Below are positions 8,440 to 16,438 of a DNA stretch of 52,441 bases, piece after piece; the stretch's first letter is position 1; every line of letters starts with the position of its first letter. Source of the stretch: an uncultured Elusimicrobia bacterium (GTDB lineage: Bacteria; Elusimicrobiota; Elusimicrobia; UBA1565; UBA9628); assembly GCA_964374095.1 (NCBI GenBank), contig CAYJXJ010000006.1:4339-56779 (forward strand), given 5' to 3'. Position numbers and translations under genes: made by a program. Under the pieces are notes generated by a model, which was given only the letters and a program-made list of their open reading frames with translations, was not told the DNA's origin and made no database searches.

Positions 8440-9449
8440 ATCCCTTCGGTCGCGGCGCCCTTGGTTTGGATCAAGACTTTGAACGACTCCCCCATGCCGT
8501 CGGGATGCAGGAGAGTCTTGACGCGCAGGCGCTCGGGAGGAGGGGCGGCCTCGACGAGCGCGCCGATCCCGCCGTCGATCAGAAAGCCCGCGAGGGTCGA
8601 GTATCGATCCAGGCCCAGGCCGAGGCGGCGGCCCTCCCCGATGAGGGCCTCGAAATCGACGTTGGCGGTGATGTCGCGTCCCCCGAGCCCCAGTTCCGAG
8701 CCCTCGGTCTCGACCCGGTGGCGCCGGAAGGTGCGCGGGGGGTTGATCGCCCCCGGCGGGAGACGCGAGCCGTAGTCCACCGTAACGACCGCGCCGGCGG
8801 TGAGCTTGCGGGCGACGGTTCCCAGCCACCGGAGGGCTTCCAGCCCCACCGCGTGGCGCTGTCCCGGGGGCAGGCCGTCCAGGGTCCGCGCGGGTCCCTC
8901 CAGCGCGGGGCTCGAGAGCGGGCCGAGGACGGGGACGTCACCCCGGATGTATACCTCGCGCGCGCCTTCCGGGGTCGTTTCCAAGAGGTGGAAGGGCAGC
9001 GCGTCGACCAGCTCGTTGGAGTGGAAGACGCCCGCGCAGGGGAGGACGTCTTCGAGGCGGGAGTAGCCCAGAACGTGCGGGGTCGCCGCCGAAAGGCTCA
9101 AGACGCTGTCCAGGAGGAGCTGGCGCTGCGGTTCGACGAGGATGAACCGCAGGCTCGAGAAAAGATCCGGCCGAAGCCTGGACAGAGCCGCGGCGACCTG
9201 CCGCGCGAGCAGGCCCGTTCCCGAGCCCATCTCAACCAGGGCGTAGGGTCCCCGGATCCCCTGCCGGCGCAGGGCGTCGAAGCGGCGCGCGAACTCCCCC
9301 GCCAGGATTTCGGCGAAGGCCGGGGTGAGTTCCGGGGCGGTGTAGAAATCCGCCCCGGGACGCCTGCGGGAGTAGAAGCCCCCCCGCCCGTGCAGGGAGT
9401 GGGCCATGAAATCGCGGAACGGGACCGCTGCGGCGGCGGGGGCGCTCAT
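8436..9449 (-). CDS. Class I SAM-dependent methyltransferase, MidA/NDUFAF7 (DUF185)-like
   Basis: 337 aa: [17 protein letters not shown]...[19 protein letters not shown]...[15 protein letters not shown] (SAM motif I)...[14 protein letters not shown]. This pattern is what I recall for the MidA/NDUFAF7 family. 4-nt overlap with nuoA. Confidence 0.7.
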   Translation of the reverse strand: MSAPAAAAVPFRDFMAHSLHGRGGFYSRRRPGADFYTAPELTPAFAEILAGEFARRFDALRRQGIRGPYALVEMGSGTGLLARQVAAALSRLRPDLFSSLRFILVEPQRQLLLDSVLSLSAATPHVLGYSRLEDVLPCAGVFHSNELVDALPFHLLETTPEGAREVYIRGDVPVLGPLSSPALEGPARTLDGLPPGQRHAVGLEALRWLGTVARKLTAGAVVTVDYGSRLPPGAINPPRTFRRHRVETEGSELGLGGRDITANVDFEALIGEGRRLGLGLDRYSTLAGFLIDGGIGALVEAAPPPERLRVKTLLHPDGMGESFKVLIQTKGAATEGI

Positions 9450-9469
9450 GGGACCGCGGTCGACCGCGC

Positions 9470-9646
9470 TTAAAGGTCCTCGGCGCCGAGGGTCTTGCGG
9501 CTTGTGCCCGTTACTTTCCCGATCGATTCCTTCACGAGTTCCTCGACCTTTTGAGAGAGTCGATCGATATAATCCCCCCCGGTTCTGAGGCCGCCGGCCT
9601 TGACCATCTGCTTGACTTTGCTCACCACAACCATCGATTCAGCCAT
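9470..9646 (-). CDS. Small histone-fold-like DNA-binding protein (singlet bacterial histone / DUF1931-related)
   Basis: ATG at 9646 preceded by GGAGGT (9654-9659). 58 aa: MAESMVVVSKVKQMVKAGGLRTGGDYIDRLSQKVEELVKESIGKVTGTSRKTLGAEDL. The helix-loop-helix-loop-helix layout and the C-terminal RKT-x4-D motif resemble archaeal and Bdellovibrio-type histones, from memory. Confidence 0.6.
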   Translation of the reverse strand: MAESMVVVSKVKQMVKAGGLRTGGDYIDRLSQKVEELVKESIGKVTGTSRKTLGAEDL

Positions 9647-9682
9647 TGTCTTTACCTCCGAAATATAAGTCCCGCTCACCCC

Positions 9683-9711
9683 AATTTATTAAAAATCGTG
9701 TACTGAGTCAA
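9683..9711 (-). promoter_or_regulatory. Putative sigma70-type promoter of the histone-like gene (TTGACT-17-TAAATT)
   Basis: On the minus strand: -35 TTGACT (9706-9711), 17-nt spacer, -10 TAAATT (9683-9688). Lies about 35 nt upstream of the ATG, just downstream of the vapC stop. Confidence 0.45.
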
Positions 9712-9718
9712 ACCGAGG

Positions 9719-10117
9719 TTAGAGCCAGACGATCTTGACCGTTCCTTCGATGGCGCCGAATTCCTTGTCCCCCGTTACAAGGTCCGCCTTTCTGAGCTTG
9801 GCCAGCGCGGCCGCGAAGCAATCCGCATAGGACATCTTGTGCGCGGCCTTGATCTCGGCGGCCGCGGCCGCCATGCCTCGGTCGACGGGGACTATCTCAA
9901 CCGGCAGAGTATCCAAATTTCTGATGACCGCCTCAGCCGCGGGTTTTCCTGCGGCCCTACGAACGATATAATAAACCTCGCCCCAATTGATGACGCTCAT
10001 CAATAGCGGCTTGTCCTTGTCTCGCGCCTGTTTGATCATGTTGGAAACGCGCTCGGCGCCTTTCTCATTCTCTAGATAGGCGATTACGGCGAAGGAGTCG
10101 AGGACCAGCCGGCTCAC
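9719..10117 (-). CDS. vapC: PIN-domain ribonuclease toxin VapC
   Basis: 132 aa with the conserved acidic positions (LVLDSFA..., WGEVYY, SYADCF, TGDKEF). 4-nt overlap with the upstream antitoxin. Confidence 0.9.
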   Translation of the reverse strand: MSRLVLDSFAVIAYLENEKGAERVSNMIKQARDKDKPLLMSVINWGEVYYIVRRAAGKPAAEAVIRNLDTLPVEIVPVDRGMAAAAAEIKAAHKMSYADCFAAALAKLRKADLVTGDKEFGAIEGTVKIVWL

Positions 10118-10350
10118 AGCTTCCGCTCCCGTTCTTTCTCGGTGAGAAGGGCCTTGAGAATGGAGCCGCGCGTCCCTAGCGAGCCTCGCAGGTGGTCGAT
10201 ATACTCGTCGGTCACGGGCTTGAGCACGATCTCGTCGCCCCGCTCCATGAAACAGACTCGCGTCCCCTTCCGGATCTTCAGGCGGTGGCGTATCCGGTAA
10301 GGAATGACGACTTGCCCTTTGGTCGTGACCACGCCGGTTTCAAGGTGCAT
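10114..10350 (-). CDS. vapB: AbrB/MazE/SpoVT-family antitoxin (VapB)
   Basis: 78 aa with a swapped-hairpin motif: TTKGQVVIPYRIRHRLKIRKGTRVCFMERGDEIVLKP. GGGAGGAGG SD-like run upstream of the ATG. Confidence 0.88.
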   Translation of the reverse strand: MHLETGVVTTKGQVVIPYRIRHRLKIRKGTRVCFMERGDEIVLKPVTDEYIDHLRGSLGTRGSILKALLTEKERERKL

Positions 10351-10376
10351 GAATTTCCTCCTCCCTTATTAACAAT

Positions 10377-10405
10377 AGGATACCATTAGTAATAATGTAT
10401 GTCAA
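10377..10405 (-). promoter_or_regulatory. Putative vapBC promoter (TTGACA-17-TATCCT) in a 200-bp AT-rich spacer
   Basis: On the minus strand: -35 TTGACA (10400-10405), 17-nt spacer, -10 TATCCT (10377-10382), then a leader with the SD. The surrounding 10351-10549 is the most AT-rich stretch of the window. Confidence 0.5.
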
Positions 10406-10549
10406 TAGTATTTAAGTAAGATATATTATAAATATAGAGCCGCATATCAATTATGGAGTCCATCGTTTTATTGGTACGATCTAGAATCGACGCGGTAGGT
10501 TGGATTGGTGGTTGAGACGTCGTCGGCCTAGCGCACTCGACGGCGCGGC

Positions 10550-11263
10550 TTAATTGGGCGCGCGCTCCAACTCGGCCGCCCGGCGCTCATCCCGCTCGGC
10601 CGGGGCGATCCGCCCGAGGGCGCGGGCGATGCGGGCCCGCAGGCGCCAGTGGGGCGCGTGCGAGGGGTCGAGCTGGACCGCGGCGTCGGCCTCGGCGAGG
10701 GCTCCCGCCGGGCTTTGCAGGAGCAGAAGGGCGCGGGCGCGTCCCGCCCGGGCCCCCGCGAACTCCGGGGCGAGCTTCACCGCGCGGTCAAAATGCCCCA
10801 GAGCGGTGTCGGGCTGTCCGCTCTCCAAGGCGAGGTCTCCCAGGGTGTCGTAGGGAAGGGGATTTTTTCGATCCAGGCGGGCCGCGGCGTAGAGGTCCCG
10901 CAGGGCGTCGTTCTTGCGGCCGGAGCCCAAGGCCGATATGGCGCGCTGGAAATACGCGTCGCTCATGGACGCCCCCATGTGCCGCTTGAGTTCGGGTTTG
11001 AACTTGGCGGCGGATTCAAAATCCGCGATGGCCCCGTCGAACTTCTTGAGGCGGTAGCGCGCCGTCGCCCGGTTGGCGAGCGCCTGGACGTTCTGGGGGT
11101 CCCGTGCCAGGACCTTGTCGAACAGCGCGGCCGCGGCGGCCGGATCGCCTTTGACGAGGAGCGCCACCCCGTGCGCGGTCGGGTCGTCGGGTTTGGGAGC
11201 GGCGAGGGAGAGGGAAACGGATAACGACAACGGCAACAACAACGGCAGGGACGGATATTTCAT
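10550..11263 (-). CDS. Secreted tetratricopeptide-repeat (TPR) protein
   Basis: 237 aa. Signal-peptide-like N-terminus MKYPSLPLLLPLSLSVSLSLAAP. Repeated A-x3-F/Y-x2-A-x6-P TPR-like units. Confidence 0.75.
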   Translation of the reverse strand: MKYPSLPLLLPLSLSVSLSLAAPKPDDPTAHGVALLVKGDPAAAAALFDKVLARDPQNVQALANRATARYRLKKFDGAIADFESAAKFKPELKRHMGASMSDAYFQRAISALGSGRKNDALRDLYAAARLDRKNPLPYDTLGDLALESGQPDTALGHFDRAVKLAPEFAGARAGRARALLLLQSPAGALAEADAAVQLDPSHAPHWRLRARIARALGRIAPAERDERRAAELERAPN

Positions 11264-11286
11264 TCCGGGGATGCGGTCGGGCCATT

Positions 11287-11315
11287 GCGACGAAGGCGCT
11301 TTGCGCCTTCGTCGC
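11287..11315 (-). terminator. Perfect 13-bp stem / 3-nt loop hairpin immediately 3' of tRNA-Met
   Basis: GCGACGAAGGCGC-TTT-GCGCCTTCGTCGC read directly. There is no U-tract, so it may be a terminator or a 3'-processing structure. Confidence 0.45.
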
Positions 11316-11319
11316 GACG

Positions 11320-11392
11320 TGGCGCCGGGAGGACTTGAACCTCCGACCTAACGCTTATGAAACGTCCGCTCTAACCCCTGAGCTACGGCGCC
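11320..11392 (-). tRNA. tRNA-Met (anticodon CAU; elongator-type, or Ile2 if lysidinylated), CCA not encoded
   Basis: Manual cloverleaf of GGCGCCG-TA-GCTC-AGGGGTTA-GAGC-G-GACGT-TTCATAA-GCGTT-AGGTC-GGAGG-TTCAAGT-CCTCC-CGGCGCC-A. It lacks initiator features (no C1:A72 mismatch, no 3xGC anticodon stem). Confidence 0.9.
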
Positions 11393-11401
11393 GTTGGCAA
11401 G

Positions 11402-11407
11402 ATTATA
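11402..11407 (-). promoter_or_regulatory. Perfect TATAAT -10 box 9 nt upstream of the tRNA-Met 5' end
   Basis: The minus strand reads ...GACGTGC-TATAAT-CTTGCCAAC-GGCGCC(tRNA). The -35 is poor (TGACAA at 19 nt). Confidence 0.4.
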
Positions 11408-11426
11408 GCACGTCCCTTTGCTCGAT

Positions 11427-11456
11427 TTGTCATGGCGGGCTCTTTCATGGTATAGT
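11427..11456 (+). promoter_or_regulatory. Putative promoter TTGTCA-18-TATAGT ending 7 nt before the response-regulator ATG (leaderless-type)
   Basis: -35 at 11427-11432, -10 at 11451-11456, ATG at 11464. There is no SD in the 7-nt gap (TCCGGCC). Confidence 0.45.
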
Positions 11457-11463
11457 TCCGGCC

Positions 11464-12141
11464 ATGCCAATTCAGAAGAAGATCACCGTCGTCATCGCCG
11501 ATGACCAGACCCTCTTTCGCGAGGGGATCAAAGACCTCCTGGAAAATGAGAGGAATGTCGAGGTCGTCGGCGAGGCGGCCGACGGCCCCGAGGCCTTGCG
11601 TCTGGTCAAGAAGCTGCGGCCCAACGTGATCCTCATGGACATCAAGCTCCCGCACATGGACGGGATCGCCGCGACCCGTCAGATCCACGCGGAATGCCCC
11701 CAGACCAACGTCTTGATCCTCTCATCCTACGAGGACGAGGCCCATGTGATCGAGGCGATCCAGGCCGGGGCCAACGGCTACCTTTCGAAGATGCTTCCGG
11801 CCTCCGAGCTCGTCAACGCCCTCAAGACCTTCGCCCACTCGGGAGTGATGATCCCCCAACCCGTGATGAACAAGCTCATCGAGGGTCTGCGCCAGATGGG
11901 CAATGTCTCCGCCGAGGCCTCTCTCGTCGCGCTCACCAAGACCGAGGTCAAGGTTCTCGCCCTTTTGGGGCGCGGCAAGTCGAACAAGGAGATCGCCGCG
12001 GACATGGGCTGCAGCGTCAAGACCGTCAAGAACCACCTCAACAGCGTCTTCCAGAAGCTCAATGTCTCCAACCGCACCGAGGCCGTGGTCAAGGGGATCG
12101 ATATGGGGCTCATCTCCGCGGAAAGGTTGGACCAGCCTTGA
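11464..12141 (+). CDS. NarL/FixJ (LuxR-HTH) family response regulator, no adjacent histidine kinase
   Basis: Internal ATG at 11464 (MPIQKKITVVIADDQTLFREG...); the upstream part of the ORF overlaps the tRNA. REC residues are present (ADD, LMDIKLPHMDG, ILSSY, YLSK). LuxR HTH: LTKTEVKVLALLGRGKSNKEIAADMGCSVKTVKNHLNSVFQKLNV. Confidence 0.92.
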   Translation: MPIQKKITVVIADDQTLFREGIKDLLENERNVEVVGEAADGPEALRLVKKLRPNVILMDIKLPHMDGIAATRQIHAECPQTNVLILSSYEDEAHVIEAIQAGANGYLSKMLPASELVNALKTFAHSGVMIPQPVMNKLIEGLRQMGNVSAEASLVALTKTEVKVLALLGRGKSNKEIAADMGCSVKTVKNHLNSVFQKLNVSNRTEAVVKGIDMGLISAERLDQP

Positions 12142-12283
12142 GTTAATATCCCCCACCCGCGCCCCGCGGATGCTGTTTTCTGCTTATATTTACATCATTT
12201 ATTAAATTACGGCCGTAACACCCGCGAAATTAATTTAGCCTAGCCGCCGGGTATACTTACCAACGAGGCACGCGCGGCCTCGC

Positions 12284-15200
12284 TTGATGAAGCGTCGAGG
12301 GTTCCCCGCCTTTCCCCTCCTCCTGGTCGGCCTGGCCATCGGCGCCCCGACCTCCCTGCGCGCCGAGTACCTCACCCAGCTTATCGTCAAGTTCAAGAAT
12401 CCGAGTGAGGTGCGCGCCCGGACGCTGAGCGTGTCCCGGATGCGCGCCCTGAGCACGTCGGCCGGGAATGTCCCGCTGACCTTCCTGCGCCAGATGTCGG
12501 GCCAGGCCCACGTTCTCAAGCTGCCCGGGGCGGTCACCGTGGGGGAGGTTGAGGAGATGGCCCGGCGCCTGTCGAGGGATCCCGAGATTGAATATGCCGT
12601 GCCCGACTACCGCCGCAAGCCGCTGGCGGCGCCCAACGACGAGCTCTACAGCCTCCAGTGGCACTACCACGCCGCTCCGCTCGAGCCCGCCGCGGCGAAC
12701 CTTCCGGAGGCCTGGGACATCACCAAGGGAACCTACGCGACCGTGACCGCGGTGCTCGATACCGGGATTCTGTCGCACGGGGATCTGATCGCCGCCGGGC
12801 CCAGCCCGCGCGTGCTGGCGGGCTACGACTTCATCGTGAGCACCGCGATATCCAACGACGGGGACGGACGAGACGCGATTCCCGCTGATACCGGCGACTT
12901 CATCACCGCGGCGGAGGACGCGGGGATCCCGGGGGACTTCACGCTCAAAGACTGCTGCGACCCCGCCCCGGGCGGCCAGGCCTGCAGCAGCTCATGGCAC
13001 GGAACCCACGTTTCCGGCACGATCGGCGCGCGCACCAACAACGGCCCCGGCTCGGGAAGCGGCGTGGCGGGCGTGGACTGGAACGGCCGCATCCTGCCGG
13101 TGCGGGTCCTGGGAAAGTGCGGGGGCTTTGACTCCGACATCATCGACGCGATGCGCTGGTCCGCCGGCCTCTCGGTGGCAGGCGTTCCGGCCAACACCAC
13201 TCCGGCGAAGGTCATCAACATGAGCCTGGGCTCAACGGGGGCTTGCCCGGCCAGCTATCAGAGCGCCATCGTCGATGCGACGGGAGCGGGGGCGGTCGTT
13301 ATAGTCGCCGCGGGCAACGACAACTCCGTCGTCGGGACGCCCGGCAACTGCCCCGGCGTCATCACGGTCGCCGCGGTCAGCCGCAACGGCGGCAAGGCAT
13401 CCTACAGCAACACCGGCCCCGAGGTGGAGTTGGCCGCACCCGGAGGGAGCAGCCCGGTCAACCCGGACGGAGTGGCCTCGACGCTCAACAACGGGGAGAC
13501 GAGCCCGACCACCGACGCCTATTTCTACTACCGGGGCACCAGCATGGCCACGCCCCATGTCGCGGGGGTGGCGGCGCTCATGTTCGCGGTGCGCCCGACG
13601 CTCACCCCCGCCGAAGTGCTCTCCAAGCTCCAATCCACGGCCCGCGCCTTCCCGACGAGCGGGGTGGCCACCCCCTGCTCGACCTCCGCGTGCGGCGCCG
13701 GCCTCCTCGATGGGGCCGCGGCCCTCAGGGCGCTTAGGCCGACGGCGCCGACGGGCTTCGCCACGACCGTCACCGGGGTCGGCCAGATCAATTGGACCTG
13801 GACCGCGGTCTCGGAGGCGACATCCTACAACGTCTATGTCGCTTCCGACCAGGCGGTCCTGTTGGCCAACGTCGGCTCGGCCTCCTACACCCGCTCCGAC
13901 CTCACGGCCAATACCACGGCGGGCATCATGGTCAAGGGGGTCAACCTCGCGGGGGAAGGCGCCGGCACGGTGGGCCCCTCCACCGCGACCTACTCGACCC
14001 CGAGCGCGATCACCACCGCGCCTCCCCACGTGACGAGCGTCACCGTGAATTTCACGACCGTGGGGGGCAATAGCGGCTACCGCGTGGACGCCGCCACGGC
14101 CTCCGATTTCTCGGGGACGGTCTTTTCCAGCATCACCTCCAACCCCGCCTCGGGCAGGCTCATCGTGAGCGGGCTGACGACTCTGACGAGCTACTACCTT
14201 CGGATCGGGACCCTCAACCAGTTGGGCGTGGTCAACTACGCGGGCGGTCCCCAGGTGTTCACGCTCACCGACCTGGCGGCCCCCCTTCCGGTCGCCCTGA
14301 GCGCCGCGGATTCGCGCACCGTATTTTTCAGCTGGGGCCAGGGGGTCAACCCCTCGGGACAGCTCTACCGGGCCGAAACCTCGACGGCGTCGAATTTCAC
14401 CGGCACCGTTTCAACCGCCGCCGGCATCGATCTATTCTCGACTTTTTTCGGCGGACTCGAGGTCAATACGACGTATTTCATGCGCGTGTGGGCTTCGGGC
14501 GGGCCGGCCATGAGCACGGGCCCGGTCGCCACCTATGCGATTTCCCCCGCGACGGCCGCGCCCTCGCACTCGGGGTTGACCCTCGCCGCCATGAGGGTCT
14601 TCTGGACCTCGGGAGGAAATCCCCCGGGAACGTGGTACCAATCCCAGATCTCGGGCGGCGCCGACTTCTTCACGCAGCCGGTCCTTTCATCGGTGACGCG
14701 CAACGCCTTCGCTGACTTTACGGGACTCTCGCAGAACGCCACCTATTTCGCCCGGGTCCGCGCGGTGGGCCACAACGGCACTCCGATCCCCTTCGAGTAC
14801 GTCACCCTGCCGTCGACGCCGACGTTGGCGGCGACCTTGACTCCTGCCGCGCCTCTTTTCAGCGCGGTGAGCGCCACCGCATTGACTTTGTACTTCGGGG
14901 ACGGCGGCAACCCGCCCGGGACCAGCTACGTCGCGCAAGTCTCGAGCTCTCCGACCTTCGCCTGGGTCACCGCCGAGACGCGCGGCAGCCTGGCGGCCGG
15001 GACCAACTCGGCGTCCGTGACCGGCCTTGCGGCCAACACCACCTACTACTACCAGACCGCCTCGGCCAACCATGCCGGCGTGGCCTCGTCCTTCACCCCG
15101 GCGGCGGCGAGCACCTCCACCCTCGCCGTGCCGCCGACCGCCGACACGACCGCCCCGACCGTGTATCTGGCCTCGATCACCTTCCGCTGGGCCGGCGGCG

Positions 15201-16438
15201 TCAACCGGGCCGGGACCATGTACTTCATCCAGGTGTCGTCGAAATCCGACTTTTCGCTCATCGGGTATTCGTCGACGACGAGCCAAACCAGCATCGATGC
15301 CGTCCAACTCTCCAGCAACACGATACACTATGCCCGGGTCCGGGCCGTGAGCCACGCGCCTCCCAATCCGGACAGCGCCTTTCTCTCGCTCGCGGTAAAA
15401 TCGACCCTGGCCAACCCCCCCACGCCCGCGGCCGCCGCCTTCGCGGCCGTCACCTACACGAGCATGACGGTGCTTTGGACGCCCAATCCCTTGCTCCCGC
15501 AGCAAGCCGCCGCCGAAGGCTACCGCGTCGAGCTCTCGACCGCCGCGAATTTCGGCGGCATATTGATCGCGGCCACGGTCGGAGGACCGGCCGCGGCCGC
15601 GGTTTCCATCAACGGGCTCAAGCCCTCCACCACCTACTACGGCCGGGTCGCCTCGCTCAACTGGGACGGCGCCGCCGGATACGAGACCCTCGTGATCGGC
15701 TCGACTCAAACCCTCGTTCCCGTCCTGACATCTCGGACCGTCAGCGGCGGGGAACTGCTCTCCGTTACCCCCGTCTATCCGGAGGTCCGGTCGATCCAGA
15801 TGACGGTGCCCTCGGGGGCCTTTCCCGGCGGGACGGTCGTGGAGATCAATGCTTCCGTCGAGGTGGAGTTGCCGCCCGTGAATCGCTCCCAAAAGAATTT
15901 TCGCCTCCTGGGCGCGGCGGTGGGATTCAGCATCACGGCGGGCGGGCTTCAGCCCAAGGTGCCGGTCCCGATCACTTTGTTCTACGACCTGCCGCTCGGA
16001 ACGGACCCGAACCTCCTCGTCATCGGCCGCTATGACGACCCCTCCGGTCTTTGGGTTCCCCTGCCCTCGGCCGTCGATACGCGCAGCCGCACGGTCGCGG
16101 CGCGCACGGAGCACTTCTCGTTCTTCGCGCCGCTTCTCGTGGATCCTGGGACGAACCTCGATCAAATCGAGATATTCCCGAGTCCGTGGGAGCCCCTCTC
16201 CGACAACTTCCAACACAACGCCGAGCTTCTCACCCTGACCAAGCTCCCGGCATTCGCCCGCGTGCGGATCTACACGATCGCCGGCGAGTTCGTCGATGAG
16301 GCCCGCGCCCCCCCGAGCGGCGTGCTCAACTGGGACGGGCGCAACCCGCGGGGCACGAAGGTCGGGACGGGGACCTATCTCTTCCGGATCGATTCCGCGG
16401 GCAAGAGCGTGGTCAGGCGCGTGGTGGTGATACGGTGA
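12284..16438 (+). CDS. Giant secreted S8 (subtilisin-like) serine peptidase with propeptide, seven FN3-like repeats and a T9SS/FlgD-Ig-like C-terminal domain
   Basis: 1384 aa with signal peptide MMKRRGFPAFPLLLVGLAIGAPTSLRA. Catalytic D (VTAVLDTGI), H (SWHGTHVSGTIGA), S (GTSMATPHVAGVAALM) and N (AAGNDN). C-terminal ...IFPSPWEP...VRIYTIAGEFV...LNWDGRN..G..VGTGTYLFRI resembles a por-secretion CTD. Confidence 0.88.
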   Translation: MMKRRGFPAFPLLLVGLAIGAPTSLRAEYLTQLIVKFKNPSEVRARTLSVSRMRALSTSAGNVPLTFLRQMSGQAHVLKLPGAVTVGEVEEMARRLSRDPEIEYAVPDYRRKPLAAPNDELYSLQWHYHAAPLEPAAANLPEAWDITKGTYATVTAVLDTGILSHGDLIAAGPSPRVLAGYDFIVSTAISNDGDGRDAIPADTGDFITAAEDAGIPGDFTLKDCCDPAPGGQACSSSWHGTHVSGTIGARTNNGPGSGSGVAGVDWNGRILPVRVLGKCGGFDSDIIDAMRWSAGLSVAGVPANTTPAKVINMSLGSTGACPASYQSAIVDATGAGAVVIVAAGNDNSVVGTPGNCPGVITVAAVSRNGGKASYSNTGPEVELAAPGGSSPVNPDGVASTLNNGETSPTTDAYFYYRGTSMATPHVAGVAALMFAVRPTLTPAEVLSKLQSTARAFPTSGVATPCSTSACGAGLLDGAAALRALRPTAPTGFATTVTGVGQINWTWTAVSEATSYNVYVASDQAVLLANVGSASYTRSDLTANTTAGIMVKGVNLAGEGAGTVGPSTATYSTPSAITTAPPHVTSVTVNFTTVGGNSGYRVDAATASDFSGTVFSSITSNPASGRLIVSGLTTLTSYYLRIGTLNQLGVVNYAGGPQVFTLTDLAAPLPVALSAADSRTVFFSWGQGVNPSGQLYRAETSTASNFTGTVSTAAGIDLFSTFFGGLEVNTTYFMRVWASGGPAMSTGPVATYAISPATAAPSHSGLTLAAMRVFWTSGGNPPGTWYQSQISGGADFFTQPVLSSVTRNAFADFTGLSQNATYFARVRAVGHNGTPIPFEYVTLPSTPTLAATLTPAAPLFSAVSATALTLYFGDGGNPPGTSYVAQVSSSPTFAWVTAETRGSLAAGTNSASVTGLAANTTYYYQTASANHAGVASSFTPAAASTSTLAVPPTADTTAPTVYLASITFRWAGGVNRAGTMYFIQVSSKSDFSLIGYSSTTSQTSIDAVQLSSNTIHYARVRAVSHAPPNPDSAFLSLAVKSTLANPPTPAAAAFAAVTYTSMTVLWTPNPLLPQQAAAEGYRVELSTAANFGGILIAATVGGPAAAAVSINGLKPSTTYYGRVASLNWDGAAGYETLVIGSTQTLVPVLTSRTVSGGELLSVTPVYPEVRSIQMTVPSGAFPGGTVVEINASVEVELPPVNRSQKNFRLLGAAVGFSITAGGLQPKVPVPITLFYDLPLGTDPNLLVIGRYDDPSGLWVPLPSAVDTRSRTVAARTEHFSFFAPLLVDPGTNLDQIEIFPSPWEPLSDNFQHNAELLTLTKLPAFARVRIYTIAGEFVDEARAPPSGVLNWDGRNPRGTKVGTGTYLFRIDSAGKSVVRRVVVIR
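13760..15780 (+). repeat. Seven tandem, diverged FN3-like modules of about 95 aa inside the S8 peptidase (protein-level repeats)
   Basis: Recurrent pattern: ...W/F-x-(G)GNPPGT-x-Y-x-(V/A)-x-S/T-(S/A)-x-(D/N)F-...-L-x-(A/S)NT-x-Y(Y/F)-x-RV-x-A... Seen seven times between aa about 493 and 1165. Confidence 0.7.

Noticed and set aside
8440-8829. Long 5' extensions of the nuoA ORF, and likewise of nuoB, nuoC, nuoK and nuoJ
   Set aside because: The extensions lie inside the preceding gene in another frame and have Arg/Pro/Gly noise composition. The internal ATGs give canonical subunit lengths with 4-10-nt overlaps.
9450-11400. Integrated element at tRNA-Met (att duplication or integrase)
   Set aside because: By eye there is no second copy of the tRNA 3' half flanking the low-GC islet and no recombinase gene. 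The high-GC TPR gene separates the tRNA from the islet.
11335-11463. N-terminal 43 codons of ORF 11335..12141
   Set aside because: The extension overlaps the tRNA-Met gene and the divergent promoter region. The receiver domain begins at the ATG at 11464.
12142-12283. AT-rich spacer upstream of the S8 peptidase as a small RNA or mobile-element end
   Set aside because: It is only 142 nt, with no convincing terminal repeats or stem-loops. It is most simply the promoter/regulatory region of the peptidase gene, and I could not assign specific boxes with confidence.
14687-16216. 509-aa minus-strand ORF inside the S8 peptidase gene
   Set aside because: Antisense shadow ORF with Arg/Gly-rich composition. 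The plus frame has the repeat architecture and the C-terminal sorting domain.
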